From Vicugna vicugna (Eukaryota), in the NCBI GenBank assembly GCA_013265495.1, contig MU057724.1, positions 1,007,102 to 1,071,101 on the forward strand: a DNA stretch of 64,000 nt, in the 5' to 3' direction. The translations under genes and the position numbers were made by a program. This document shows, one piece after another, positions 48,694 to 62,620 of this stretch. Within the stretch, counting starts at the first letter, position 1, and every line of letters begins with the position of its first letter. The notes beneath the pieces are model-generated. The model was not told the origin of the DNA. It worked only from the letters and a program-made list of their open reading frames with translations, and did not search any database.

Positions 48694-49190
48694 GTGTGGG
48701 AGGTCAGCGGGTCAGGAGGTGATGCCGTTGAGAAGGGAGTTTGTTGCTTTTGGTTCCCAAGGTGGGGGGTGGGGCACACCACTCCACGGGGGCCACGTAG
48801 AGGGAGGCACCAGGCTCCAAACAGAAACCAAGGGGAGGCCAGTGGTGGGCAGGAGCCTTTCTTGGGTTCTCATGGGAAGGAACAGGGAAGGCAGGTAAAC
48901 AGGCGTAGGATGAGCTGGTTTGAACTTTTCAATGGGCTTTGGGGCAGAAGGGCTCTCCCTTGTTGTCTAGTACCTGTCTCTGGGGTTACCAGGACAGCTG
49001 GGGGCTGGCCTGGAGGGTGGGAGCCCCATGGAGGGGGTGGTTGGAGTGTGGGCTCGGGACAGATTAATTTCAGTAGTGAAGGTGTGCTCACAGGTGAGGG
49101 TGATGTGTCTGCTACGTCTGGGAATTGGCTAGCCCTGGGAGTGGCAGTCCCAGGACAACAAGGCCCAGATGTCAAAGCATCTGAATAAAA
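48694..49190. mobile_element. MER76-like ERVL LTR
   Basis: AGTTTGTT.CT..GTTCCCAAG..GGGGCAC.CCAC.CCACGGG.GCCAC..GGGAAGGAAC.GGG.AGGCAGG.TAA.CAGGC.TAGGAT resembles the recalled MER76 consensus. Confidence 0.65.
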
Positions 49191-49839
49191 AGAGGCGCTT
49201 ACACAAGCTCAAGCACTTTGCTCGATAAGTATTTTTTAACAGAAAGAATGAATGAAAAATTGATTCACAAATTATCATAAAGTAATCTTACCAGTGTTTA
49301 ATCGTGGTGGAGAGAAATAGCATTGTTCTTTAATGGAGTGATTTACTGAACGCATAGAAGACGACAAAGATTAAGAAGGCTTTAAAAAAATAGGAACAGG
49401 CAAATTAGAACTATGTCGTAGGTTTTTAATTTGCTCCTGCATTTCTCAAATCAGATTCTCTGTGGAAGGTTTGCTTGTAAGGTTCTTTAATTTATGGATT
49501 TCTTTTTACTTCGTGAAACTTTCTCTTTGTCAAATCTGTACCCTTCAAGATGGGGATGATTATATACATACTTTATCAGTATGGCTCTCTGTGAAAGTAA
49601 CTGGACAAAAGTTAGGTAAAAATGTTGTTTCTTTTTTATGGTACTTTCATGTAATTCTATAAAACTTTAAATATATTTAACATATTTTCCTGGGAAAATT
49701 ACAAAGAGAAAAAGTAAACATGGGCCCAGGGTTTTTGTAGGTACCCATGCTGGGGAAGACAGACTTGGAACTTGAAAAGTTTACTCTGGGGACAAATTCC
49801 AGAGTTGCAGAGTAAGGAAGGACCTTGATGAACTCAGAT

Positions 49840-52800
49840 TTCCTCTAAAGCAACAGATATGTTGAAACAATGAAAATCAGCCATTTCAGAATTTCCACGA
49901 TTAACCAAGGCCACAGAATGGACTGAAGACCATCTGTCCAGGAGGAAACACTGAACTTCAGTGAGACATCAGGCTCTGTGATGTCCTGATGTGGGGCCGA
50001 TCCTCCTTCCACACGCACCAGCTCATCGATGTGGCAGCTGAAAGTCAAAATCACTGCAGATAGCGGGGAGGTGTGACCATTAAAGCACTGTCTCAGAATG
50101 CAGTTGATATTTTGTCCAAATTTGCAACTCCGTGGGAAATCTGAGAGTATGGCTATTTCATTTGACTCAGAGCTTAGCTTGGGGTGGGAGGTAAAATAAG
50201 AAGTCTCCCCTGCATTATTCCAGAAACAATAGAAACATCTGCTAACACTGTAGGTACTTAAGGCTGCAACGTTTGTTGGGGCAGACATGATAGGGGCTTC
50301 AAAGAAAGCTCTGAGATACTCCTGGGTATCTAAAAGGATGGTTGAATGTGCAGAAAATATCTTGAGAAGAGAGAAGGCACCAGTCAAAGACCTTGGGCTG
50401 GCCTCAGGGCTCTGCACAAGTCAGAAGTGAGACCTACAGCTGTCTTGCAAACTGGCTGAAGCCGGAAGGTATGCCCTCACACACGGGCATTCCTTTGGCC
50501 AGGGATGGAAGATCTGTATCAGGAAGGGACTTAAGGAAATACAGCCAGTCATTGGCTCACCAGTAAATTGTCTGACTTCCAGGAAACCAAACTTAAAAAT
50601 AGTAACAAGAACTTAAAATACAATGTTAGGAGAGAGCTCAGGGACGCAAACTTCTGGAAACTCAAGTTCTGTATTTTTCCCCAGAGAATTCTTAAACAAA
50701 AAAAGAACAACAAGAACAACAGTGACAGGAGACCTTGGGGTGGGTGTGGTGAGGGGGGTGGAAGAATCTGACAGCAGAGAAGTTGTAACGTATTATATAA
50801 AATATGCAGTTTTCAACAAAAATGTATGAGGTATGCAGATAAACAGAAAATTATGCCATATGCACAGGGAAAGAAAGGAGCCAACAAAAATGCCCTGAAA
50901 GAGCCCAGATTTGGGACTCAGTAGAAAGAGATGTTAAATCAATACTAATAAAGATATTTAAGGGGCAAAAGGAAACCATGTCTAAAGAATTGAAGGAAGG
51001 TATAAAAATAAGTCTCACTCAATAAAGAATATCAACAAATAAATAGAACTGAATTGAACTTCTCATATTGTGAAGTAAAATAATTGAAGTGCAAAGTTCA
51101 CTGGAGGACTTCAGTGACAGATTTGAGCAAGCAGAAAAAAGAATCAGGGAACTCGAAGAGAGGTCAGTAGAGATTATGCAGTTTGAGGAACAGAAAAAAA
51201 AGCAGTTAGTAAAAATGAATAGAGCTTCAGTGATGTGTGGGATACCGTGAAGCTTACCACAAGATCAAATATACAAATACATACGCACACACACACATGC
51301 AGAAGGAAAAAAGAAAGAGGAAAGGACAGAAAAAATATTTGAAGAAATCTAAATAGAATAAACTCAAAGAAATCTACTCCAGACACATAAAAAATGACTT
51401 CTGTTCAAGGGATACTTAATAAGATGAAAGGCTAACTTCTCAGCAGAAATTGTAGAAGCCGGAAGACATGAGATGACATTTCGAAGTGCTAGAAGAAAAA
51501 GGCTGTTGATTGAGAATTCTATATGCATCTAAACGCATCTTCAATAAGAAAGGAAAAATAAAACACTTGCAGAAAAAACAAAAACTGGGAGACTAGCAGA
51601 CAAGCCCTATAAGAAACATTAAAGTGAGCCTTGCAGGCTGAAATGAAAGGGTGGTAAACAGCTTCTCAGAAACATACAAAGAAATAGAGCATGAATGCAC
51701 TGTGTCATGAAAGGCAATGTAGACATACTTTTGGTGGTTTTTTTTTTGTCATATTTGTTTTAAATATAACTGCATCAAGCAATAATTATAAAACAGTTTG
51801 ATGATTATAAAATAATTTGATGACCTTGTAATGGATAACAATGTAATTTGTATGATGATAATAATACAAATGAGTGTGGAAGAAACAGAAGTATATTAGA
51901 GCAAAGATTTTGTATGCTATTTAAATTAAATTATTATTAATGTTAACCAGATTGTTTTAAGTTGAAATGTTAATTGTCATCTCCAGGGCACCTACTAAGA
52001 ATATAACTGAAAAAGAAGACAGGAAAAGAAAGAATAAAGGAATTTAAAAAGTATGCTAGAATAGCTCTACTTAAAAGCAGAAGAAGGCATGAATGGTTGA
52101 GTAAAGAGACAAAGGACATGTAGAAAACAAATAGCAAAAAAAAAAACCCAAAACCCTTTATAATGATAAGAATGTTATTTAATCAGAAATGTATATGATT
52201 ATGAACCTGGATACACCTAAAAATCGATCCTTAAAATAAATGAAGCAAAAACTGGCAGAATTAGAGAGAGAGGTAATTCAGCAATTTAGTTGGAGATTCA
52301 ATACAAACTTTCAATAGTGGATAAAACTAGACAGAAGGTCAGTGAGAAAACAGGAGACGTGAACAGCACTGTAAAACCACCAGGCCTGGCAGACATCTAC
52401 AGAACACGGCATATACCAGAGAAAAGTATTTTTCTCATGTGCACTTGAGACTGAAAAACACAAACCTTTTTGAAAGAAATTAAAGTATTTTAAAATAAGT
52501 GAACGGACAACCAATTCTTATCAATCATAAGACTGGGCATTATTAAGATTCCAGTATCCCTTACATTAATCTACAGGGTCAGTGTAATCCTCATAAGAAT
52601 GCTAAGAAACTGGCAAACTGCTCATAAAATTCATATGAAGAGGTAATGACGTACAGCAGTCAAAATCATTTTAAGAAAGAATATCATTGGAGGATTCATC
52701 TTTCCTGTTTTCAAAGCGTACTGTCAAGCTACAGTAATAAAGATTTTGAGGTACCGGCCTGAGGATAGACATACAGATCTCTGGAATATAATTGAGAGTC

Positions 52801-54162
52801 CAGAACTAAACCTCCAGATTTATGCTGAATTGATTTATAACAACAGAGTCAAGTCAATATTCTGTCAATATTCAAGATGACTGACGTCAATATTCTCTCA
52901 ATATTCTTGTCAACAAACGGTTCTGGCGTGACTGGGTTTCCACATGCAAAGAATGCTTTGGATTCTACCTCTTAACATACTCAAAAATCAACTCAAAATG
53001 GACTATAGACTGAAACATAAGAGCTAAAGCAATGAAATGCCCACACGAAAATGTAGGAGTAAACCTCCATGACTGTGCGTCAGGCAGTAGTTTCTTACTC
53101 ACGACACCAGAGGTGAAAACAACAAAAGGGAAAAACAGATAAACTGGACATCATCAAAATTAAGAACTGGTTGTCAAAGGGCACCATCAAAAAGTGAAAA
53201 ACAATGCATAGAATGGGAGAATACGTTTTCAAATCACATATCTAATAAGGATCTGGTAGCAGAATGTAAAATATCTTACAACATAGCAATAAAAAGACAA
53301 CCCAGCTTTAAAAATGGACAAAATATTATATATATATATCTGTATCTCCAGAGTAAACACAGATGGGCAATAGCACCTGAAAAGATGCTTATCATCATTA
53401 ATCATTAATCATTAAATAAATGCAAATCAGAACCATAGCGAGATAGCACTTCACATCCACAAGGATGGCTATGACCAGAGACAGAGGATAACAAGCGTTG
53501 GCTGTCATCAGAGACATCGCAACTCTGTACTTTGCTATTGAGAATGTGACCTGGTGGAAACCATTCCACAAAGTTTAACGTGAAATTACCGTGAATTCCA
53601 TGGAATTCCACTCCTAGTTATATATACAAGAGAAATGAAACATATGTCCACACAGAAAGTCGTACTGGAAAGTGAACAGCGGCGTTGCTCATATTCCCCC
53701 CAGATGTGGACACATCGTAAATGTTCATCATCTGATGAGTGGATACAGCATTCTGCCTGTGGTGCCTCCATGCACTGGAGTAACGTTCAGCAGGGTGACA
53801 GAGTGGAGTACCGACACATCCTACAGCACTGATGACACGTGAAAACATGATGGTAGCTGAAAAAAGGCAGTCACCTGAGGGCACGTATTGTGTGGTCCTT
53901 TTTATTTTAAGTATCCAAAACAGGTTGAGTACTTAGAGACAGAAAGTAAATTAGTAGCAGATAAGGCTGGATCTCGGAAGAGGGTGAGGGAAAAGCAGCA
54001 AAGAGGAATGTCTGCTAATGGGTGTTGGGTTCTTTTCGGCTGAAAGTCTTAAAATTAGTTCGTGATGATGGTTGCACAGCCCTGTGAATATACTAAAAAG
54101 GCTGGAGTGAATTCTGCAAATGAGTAAATTTTATGGCATGTGAAATATGGCTCAATAAAGCT
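49840..54162 (+). mobile_element. Large degenerate L1 (L1M/L1MB-like; ORF1, ORF2 remnants and 3' end)
   Basis: A-rich sense strand with ORF1-like (AGATTTGAGCAAGCAGAAAAAAGAATCAG), ORF2-like (AAGCTACAGTAAT.AAG, AAAATCAACTCAAAATGGA) and 3'UTR motifs ending CTCAATAAAGCTG; many stops and deletions. Confidence 0.85.
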
Positions 54163-57029
54163 GGAGAAGAAGTTTCCATTGTCTTCCTGATAGATTTAAG
54201 GAAAATTATGAAAGTCTCTTACTTGATAAGATGCTCAGTCCTCAGAGAAAGTGGTTGTGAGGGACAAATGGGTGTGCAGAGGTGAGTGACAGGTGTGATG
54301 TACTTTCAGAAGGAGGAAGGACAGTTCTAGGTAATACTTACGCGCAAAAGCCTGAGGACTACAAAAGGCCTTGTGTGAAATTTCACCAGAACTGAACCTA
54401 CTTGAAAGACTGGCTCTGATAAGTCCTCATGATTCCAGAGTTGATTTTCAGGGCAAAGACTGTGAATCATGTCCAAAGTCTCCCAGTCTGGTAGTGCTCT
54501 TCCAGCTGCCTGCCTTAGTTCTGTCTACACTGTTACTGTTTCTCACCACCTTTATTTGAAGCCTGTCATTTTTACCCTTTTTTGCCATCCCTTTGTCAAA
54601 ACTGGTGCAGTCTGGTTATCCTGTCCAGCTTCTAGGCTTGTCTTAGTCTCTCCCACTAATATCACGTGTGTGGTCAGTGGCCCATTTCTTCAAGTCCCTG
54701 TCAGATGGGAATATTTAATTGGATAAACACATTTCTCCAATGGAGTTAATGAAACTAAACGGCTCTTTTTAGGTACAGTTGGCACGGGGACTCCAGAGAC
54801 TACACAGGCCTGGAGAGCCAGGCCTCAGCCACGGTGCTGGTGAGTCCAAGGCTCCATGACCGGCAGCGACGCTGGCCAAGCAGCTCTGTGTGCTGGACAC
54901 TGTGTGTTGGACACTGTGTGTGTGCTGGGTTAGAAGAGGGCCAGAGCATAGTCACGTCAATAGAGCTTCATTCTGGTGAGCAAAACAGCACCAGGAAAAT
55001 TCGTAGACCACGGCAAGGAGCTTCGTAATGCAAAGAGCACAGTGGGGGCAGACCAGAGACCAGGACTGTGACGTCCTTGTGTGTCACATTCAGCAAGATG
55101 CAGCCTTGAGGGACTCAGGAAAGGGGAGTAAACCTAGTGGCTGAGATCATACAACCCCTGAGCCTGCGGTGCGGAGCAATGAGACGACGATGCTGGCAAC
55201 ACTGGTAGAAATTTGTACAGTGTGCTTGAGGTTTCAAGGGGTAAAATACCCTATTACGTCTTGAGATGTGCTGGAGAAAGGCTCAGGACCAGCTTAACCA
55301 AGGCAGCTGGGCTGGAGTCCAATGTTGCCATAGGAAATCTTGCCGATAGTCTAGAAGTATGGGGCAAAGCGATTGTTATCAAAGCCCGGGAAGCCACAGG
55401 GACTAAAACGAGGCAGATTATTAGACAAGCCATGAGAGCCGCAGGTCCACTCTGCACTGATGGTCTCCTCTGTGGAAGCTTGTGGCTTGGTCAGTGTTTT
55501 ACGTATGGAATTAAATTGGATGGAACTGGATTTCATTAAGTGGAATGGATTACTTGTAGCCTGCTTGGAAGCCTGAGGTTGGTTTGTTTGTTTTCACTGT
55601 TCATCGTCTGTGTTTTCGGGAAGAGTTCTGGGGCTAGAGCATATATAGAGTTTAGAAAGGTCCCTGTCGTACATGTTCCCATGGGACAAAATCCCGAGTG
55701 CACAGTTCCTGGCCAAGTGACGGGACTGCTGGGTGGATCTTAATCTTTTAGCCATCCTCCCACAATACACATGTTGCTGAACTCCAGGTTATGGGAATAT
55801 TTAAAATTGTCTTAATGGTAGGTAAGTAGATAATCAGTGCGGTAAGTTGCAAATAAGAACTAAACCAAACAGAAAACAAAGCAAAAACCAAAACACAGCT
55901 ACTTAATGTTTTGTATAAATATATGGTAGGAAAACTGTCTCAACACCAGTTGCAGAGGTCAGGCCATTAATGGAAGGTCATCATGATTAAAAGTAGAAGG
56001 ATAATAAAGTGGAAGTCTTTTGCAGGTTTGGGAAGAATTGAACTCGTTTGTTGTCCATCAGGAAGGAAGCTTGGGGACAGACAGGTGGGAGATATGAGAC
56101 GGGAGCGATGAATCTTAGGAGTGACTGTGGTCACAGTAACATTTGGGATCGGAGGTAGTCAGCATTCCATGACTCAATCGTTTTCTCTGGGCTATACTAC
56201 AGTCTGATGATCTGAACATGGGGAGCTCACAGCTGTGGGTTAGAACAGGTGAGAGAGAGGTAAAGAAAGAGGATTTTAAAAATCCTCATCAAGAATGGCA
56301 GATTCATAAATTTCACAAAGTCAGGACAGCCCTACATTGTAGATGACAGCTTTCCAAATACAGAGCACCTTAGGTGCCAGCATGAGGTTCAGAGGACAAA
56401 GATTAAACATTTTACATTCATCACAAATAGCTCATTCATGTGTGTAAATGTGGTTTCAGAAAATCTTATTTCATCCCTGGAACTTAACAGAATTCCAGAC
56501 AGCCCCCAAGTCTTTTGACCATAAAACTCCTCTGCAGCCTCGTCCCGTGTCTTGCTAGCCTCTCTCAGGTCTTTCTCTAAAGCCTCCTACGGCCTCAGAG
56601 CAGAGGCAGTGCGGTCTCACTCACGTCCAGTCTATTCAGCGAGTCAGTCTTTTCTAAACTGAACGAGCAAATGGCAAGAATGAGAGCAATAAAGTACTTT
56701 TAACCATAAATTTAGATGAAACCTAAATAATCATCGAGGTGAGCGGAGACTCCTCGCCTGTGCTCTCTGAGCAGCAGCCCTGGCCGAGTGTGAGCCCACC
56801 GGCCTTCAGGCCCAGGCCCACCCAGCGAGGACATCCCAGGGTTACATTAAGCGTGGGTGCGTGTTCTTGTGCCAGGGAGGGTACTTCAGTCCTGAGCTGG
56901 TTCTGTGTTTAGCTGTGTCTTTCGTTGGCCTGGATGTGGTTTACACGGCGGGGACTCTCACTCCTTCCCCCGTGTCTCCGTATGATGCCTGAAACAGCTT
57001 CAGCCGCACCAGTGGGCATTTCCTAGAAA

Positions 57030-57128
57030 TTCACATTTGTCTCCCCCCAGAGCTGCTGACTCAGAAGCTCTGCATTTTCATGAACTCTGCAGGTGATTTT
57101 GTTGCACAGTAAGGTCTGAGAACTACTG
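57030..57128. mobile_element. MER5-like hAT transposon end
   Basis: CTGCATTTT.A..AACTC..CAGGTGATT.TG.TGCACA.TAAGGT.TGAGAAC.ACTG. Confidence 0.65.
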
Positions 57129-58653
57129 TTCCAGGCAAACGAAATCCGGGTCCAGGAAAAGGAATGAGTACATAAGACCAAAGCAAGATGGTATTGGACA
57201 CTTCCTACGGGAAACCTGCAAAAGCCTGAATCCTGGGTGTTTTGCAGGAACACTTACTTTTAAACACACACAAGTAACTTACTCCCTGTAGTCATACTCC
57301 ATTACCCTCCACCATGTTTTCTATCCAAAAGCCAATGCTGTACCTTGTTACTTTAGTAATACCAGCTGTCTATTGAATCGTGGCCTCTTACAGATAAATT
57401 CTTGGTAATATTTCCTTACACTTTGGGAGATATGGAAAACTGAGATAAGACGCGTTTTTGAGAATTTTTAAATATAAAAATATATTCACTCTGGGGCTTC
57501 CCTGGCACAAAGTAGAATACGACTTCAGATGGAAAAAAGGGTATATTCATTAATTTCAGTCATCTATGTATAACAGGCCATTTAATCATTAATCCTAATC
57601 CTAATTTATCCAAAATTCTAATTACTAGGTATCCTCTTTCTCTACGTACTTTACTATATATTCAACTGTGTCTGTCAAACTGTTCATTAGTTTAGAGTGA
57701 TAAATTTGTCCCTCCAAAAATTAATGGAAAGTGAGATGTCTAGTTCTACGAGATGATGTGCTATCCACAGTGTAGGAAATGTATTTTCTTCTTGTAATGA
57801 CGCTCCGAGACATATAATGAATCAGAGAATAACTGTTAAGTGAAAACATTTAAGGAAGGTAGGTGGAAAAAGAAACGGCTGTGGTAACTCCTGCAGTCAG
57901 AAAAAGCAATGTTGCTATTTCTTAAACCTTTCAGTACCAAGTCAAGAGTTCAGATATTGAGGGAACTCCTGTATTTGTATAAAACTTCAGTTTTTTTGGA
58001 AAAATGTGTCGACATGTCAGCATGCTGCAAACAGTAAAAGCACTCTAAAAGCGTTCTTTCACTTTGCAGTTGCTTTAGCAAATAATTTCCTCCTGGAGAC
58101 CCTGCCGGTGTTCCTCCCGCTGCCCCACAAGGTGTGCAGAGCACAGCACAGCACTGCCTCCCGTTGGTCGGGCGCTGGCCACGTTACATAAGGGAGCTTT
58201 CTCCAGCCAGTTCTCCCCGACCTCTGTATGTAGGTCTCCAGCCCAGATTTTCTCAGCCCTTTAGGCTGCTGTATATTTAGAGTAGAATACAAATGAGTTT
58301 CAGAAGAACATAAATTATCTAAAATTGTTCCCTACCGCCAAAAAAAAAAGTTCGAAAGTTTATTTGTAATGATATTCTGTGGTCACTTGTGTGCTATTTT
58401 CCATCAATGTGCATTCTGCTTCTGATATACATGTGGCATTGAGTTGTTAACGAGACCAGTTTTTAGACTACTTTTCAGTTCATGTGTATCCTGTCAATAA
58501 TGATTTTGCTCTGTTTGTTTAATTTTTTAAAAAAATGTCTTTGGGCACATAGAGGGGAATGGTTCTGTACTTACATTAGGCTTCTTGTTCTGGTATCTTG
58601 CCACCTGAAATCCGTATTGACTTGGACTACTTGGTATGGATGTACGTGAGCAC

Positions 58654-59141
58654 AGATATACCGTACAAACATTAATCCCCAAAGGTAGGAGCGGCTATGT
58701 TAATGTTAGAGAAAGCAGACTTCAGAGCAAAGACCATTGCCAGTGACAGAGAGGGACAGTAAACAATGCTAAAAGAGTCAAGATGGCATAGCAATCCAAA
58801 GTGTGTGTGTTCCCTATAGAGCTGACATATCCAAAATGACGTTTGGAGACTACAGCTCACTTCTTCAGCAATCAGCATAACTAAAGGCAAAAGAAGAACC
58901 CATCAACACTATCACACAGAAGTGTCTCATCAACATATAGAACGTTCCACTCAACATTCTCTTTAAGTGCCTATGAAGCATATAACAAGATAGACCATAC
59001 TTAAAAATGCAAAAAATTTAAAAGAATTTAAATCATATGAAGTATGTTGATTTACCAGAATAATAACAATAACAAAAGTATAAAGCAATAACAAAAAGAT
59101 AATAGAAAAATCTCCAATACTTGGAAATGAAACATATACAC
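58654..59141 (+). mobile_element. L1 ORF2 endonuclease-region fragment (inverted relative to the adjacent L1)
   Basis: GATATACC.TACAAACATTAATC..AAAG.AGGAG.GGCTAT.TTAAT...AGA.AAAGCAGACTTCAGAGCAAAG. Confidence 0.8.
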
Positions 59142-62040
59142 TTGTATGGTATATCTTTTTATTATTTACCTATGTATATTATTATATTTGAACTGAGTAT
59201 CTTGTAGTCAGCATATAGTTTGGTAATGCTGTTATTTTTAATCCACAATGCCAATCTTTGTCTTCTAATGTGTTTAGAAATTTGTTTTCTAATGTGTCCA
59301 GAAATTTACCTTTAATATCATTATTGGTATTTTGAAACTAAATTCAGCCTTTTAACTTTAGCTTTCTTTTTATTTTCTTTGTATTTTCATTTTTCTGTTA
59401 CTTTTTTCTACCTTCCTTGGGTACATGAGTGATTTTAAGAGTTTGGTTTATCTGTGGTGTTTTGAGCACATCATTTTGCACAGCTTTTTTAGTGGTTGCT
59501 GTTGGAATTACTACACACACACATACATATAAATGTATTTAAGTATACAAAAATACACATCCATGTGTGTCGACATGCACACATATGAGCTCACACATAC
59601 ACACATCTATGGCCAACTGGCGTTGCTGTTAACACCAGTTTATGTGACATTCAGAAACGTTACTTCACTCTACATCTCCCTGTACTCCTCCATGTAGAAT
59701 ATAAATGTCTGTTTCCTTTACGTATGTGAGAACTGCATTACAGTGTTTATAATTATTGTTTCAACCCTCAGCTTAACTTGGAAAACTGAAGTGGAGAAGG
59801 AAAGTAGATTCTGTTTATCCAAATTTTGCTCTGCCTGCATCCTCTTTCCCTCTGCATAATCCTGTCTCCTTCTTCTATTTCTTCTTCATTTTCCTTCTGT
59901 CTTTAGAACTTTCTATAGCCCTTCTTTCAGAGTAGGTTATTATTGTCTGAGTATGTGTGTCCCCTCAAAATTCACATGAAGAAATTCTAATACCCAGTGT
60001 GATGGTGTTAGGAGATAGAGCCTCTGGGAGATGATTAAGCCACGAGGGTCCCACAGAACTTTCTGGCCCCCTTTTAACATGTGAGAATACAATGAAAAGT
60101 CTGCAGCCCAGAAGAGGGCTCTTACTTGACTAAACTGGCATTGTCATCTTGGAAGTCAAGCTTCCAGAATCATGAAAAATAAGTGTTTGTTGTTTATAAG
60201 ACAGTCTGTCGTATTTTGATATAACAGCAAGAAAGGACTAAGGCAGTAGGTCTGCTAGTGACAAGTTCTCCTAGTTTCCTTTATTTGAAATTGTCTTGAT
60301 TTTCTCTTCATTCCTAAAGGATATTTTCAATTGATATAAAGTTCTTGATTGACAGTTCTTTTCTTTCAACACCTGAAATATGTGGTACCACTTCTTTCTG
60401 ATCTCAGTGAATTATGGTGAGAAATCAGTTTTCAGTTCATTTGTTTCCCTCTGTAGGTAACACATTGTTTCTCTGGTTCCTTTCGGTGTTTTTTCTTCAT
60501 CTTTATTTTTCTGAAGTTTGAGTATGATATGTCTTGGTGTTGTTTCTTTTAGTTTATCCTGCTTGGGATATATTTAGCTTCTTGGATCTGTTGGTTTATG
60601 TTTTGTTGCCAAATTTGGAAATTGTCAGCCAATGTTTACTTGAATACTTTTTAATCCCCACCCATTTTGTTCTCCTGTGACTCTGGCGACAGGGACATAA
60701 GATCTTGTGTCATAGTTCCACAGGCCCCTGAGACCTTTTTCATTTCTTCCTTTTTTCAGTCTAATTGTTCTCTGTTCAGGCTGGGTTTCTGTTGCTTTAT
60801 CTGAAGGTTCCCTGAGTCTTTCTTCTGTCTCCTTCATTTTCTTGTTGAGCTCATCTGTTAATATTTTTGTCTTATTTGTTGCACTTTTTAGTTTCATAAT
60901 TTTAATTTGTTGATTCTTTATACCTTTGATTACTTTGCTTAGACTTTCTATTTCTTTGCTGAAACTTTCTCATCTTTTTCCACTTTTTTCAAGCATGTTC
61001 CCAATGGCTTTTTGCAACATTTTTATAATGGCTTCTTTAAAATTCTTCAGATAATTCTAACATCTGTGTCATTTCAGGTTTAGCATATGTTGTCTTTTTT
61101 CCTTCATTTTGAGATCTTCCAAGTTTTTATCATGCAGGTGCTTTTCATATAAAATATAGATATCTTGAGTATCACGTTACAAGATTCTGGGTCTCATTTA
61201 AAACCTGTGCTCTGCTGTGTGATGAAGGGCACCACCTTGTCACTGATGGAGGTACAAGAACAGCTTCTCACTCCCTTGACCCCTCAGGGTAGGGAGCCTC
61301 CTTGTTGATACTGAGTGGGTGTGGAAGGCCAGGCTCCCAGAGATGACTGCACTGATAACCCTGTCTGGGGCCGGGGGGCCTTGTTACTAGTCCCCATGTG
61401 GCCTCCTTTGGCACCATAGAGAGATTGCCTTGTTAGCGCTGAGTGATGGGAAAAGTTCTGAGTGTCCATTTGCCTTTACTGGCACAATCCCAGTAGGGAG
61501 GGATGTGGGAAGGGATGGAAGTTCAGAATCTCCATGTGGTCTTCACTGATTCTGTGTGTGAGGGGCTCATTACCCCCTTGAGGGGCTTCACAGTCAGTCT
61601 TCTCTGACCCCATCCTGGTAGGGGTATGGATCCTTCACTATAACCTGGAAAGGAAGGAAGTCCAGGCCCCCACTTGGTTTTTGCTGGCATGAGTTGGGTG
61701 GGGGGCACAGCTTTTCCCTGCGGTGTTTGGCTGGAGTACAGCTGGCAAGGTCTAAAGGTTTTCTGTCTTGGTAGGCTGCTCTTTTGTGGTCCTTGGCTAG
61801 AGAGAGCAAGTTTTCCTTGGAGCTTTTTTTAAAAGTCTACACCCCCAAGTAGTTCCAGGTGACCTACTTCTAGTTCCAGGATTTCAGTCATTCTCGTGTC
61901 CCCAGCAGGTCTACCTCCTTCTCTCCAACTTGAAGTGTCTTCTTACATTTGTTTCTTATGTAATGTTTAGAGTTTTTAGTGGTGCTTTGCATCAGAATAG
62001 GAAAAAGTGGAACTACTCCATTTCCCAGGGAGCAGGAGTC
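59142..62040 (-). mobile_element. Old L1 (5'UTR-ORF1-ORF2 start), antisense
   Basis: ORF 60625..60897 (-) encodes an ORF1p coiled-coil-like peptide (KILTDELNKKMKETEERLREPSDK..NEKGLRGLWNY); antisense L1 motifs occur throughout. Confidence 0.8.
59937..60245 (+). mobile_element. MLT1A-like MaLR solo LTR nested in the L1, with 5-bp TSD GTAGG
   Basis: GTGTCCCCTCAAAATTCACATG..CCCAGTGTGATGGT.TTAGGAG..CTTCCAGAA..TGAAAAATAAG..TTGTTGTTTATAAG..GGACTAAGGCA; GTAGG at 59932-59936 and 60246-60250. Confidence 0.9.
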
Positions 62041-62279
62041 AATATTTGATTAATCTTTTAATACTGCATTTGTCATATTGCTTATCTGCTGGAAATCCCA
62101 GATACCAACCACGGGTTAAAGGATGTAATCGACATGTATTTGCCTGGTATCTAAGGTCACCAGTAATCTGGTTTTATCCTAAATAATCAAGTTTCAGAAT
62201 TGTCTATTCCTCTTTTGATAATACTTAATATGAATATCCTTACAAACATTTTATTGGACCCCAGTTTACTCTTTAAATA

Positions 62280-62620
62280 GGTTTCTGACACCAACTCTAA
62301 TATGGGGGAGCATTCCCCACACCAGTAAGCAATTCTCAGGACCCCAGCTGGATGGCCTATAATTTCAACTCAGATCTGATACTATTTACCCAGAGACAGC
62401 ATCAGACTGCACAGTTTGAACGCTTGGTCCTACAAGTCTGTCCTTTCTCTGCCCTTCAGTTACCTGTCATAACTCAGGATGTTACTTGTGCTTCTGACCA
62501 ATGAACGGGCCTCAGATTGGAGGTTCCAGCAGTCTCTCCAACTCAGAATGCCAGTTGCAAGTCCAGGTTATCACCTGTACTTATGACCACCTGGCTATAA
62601 ATCAAATGTTCCCAGGTTAT
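62280..62620. mobile_element. MER34/MER39-like ERV1 LTR fragment
   Basis: TTCTGACACCAA..CCCCACACC..AAGCAATTCTC..CCAGCTGG.TG.CCTATAATT.AACTCA..TCTGATACTAT.TACC..GAGA.AGCATCAGA. Confidence 0.6.

Noticed and set aside
49845..50417. 190-aa minus-strand ORF
   Set aside because: It lies antisense within the 5' part of a degenerate L1 and shows no protein features.
56640..56700. AGCAAATGGCAAG resembling another recalled PLAGL1 UTR exon
   Set aside because: The match is too short and the splice sites are unclear; it needs an alignment.
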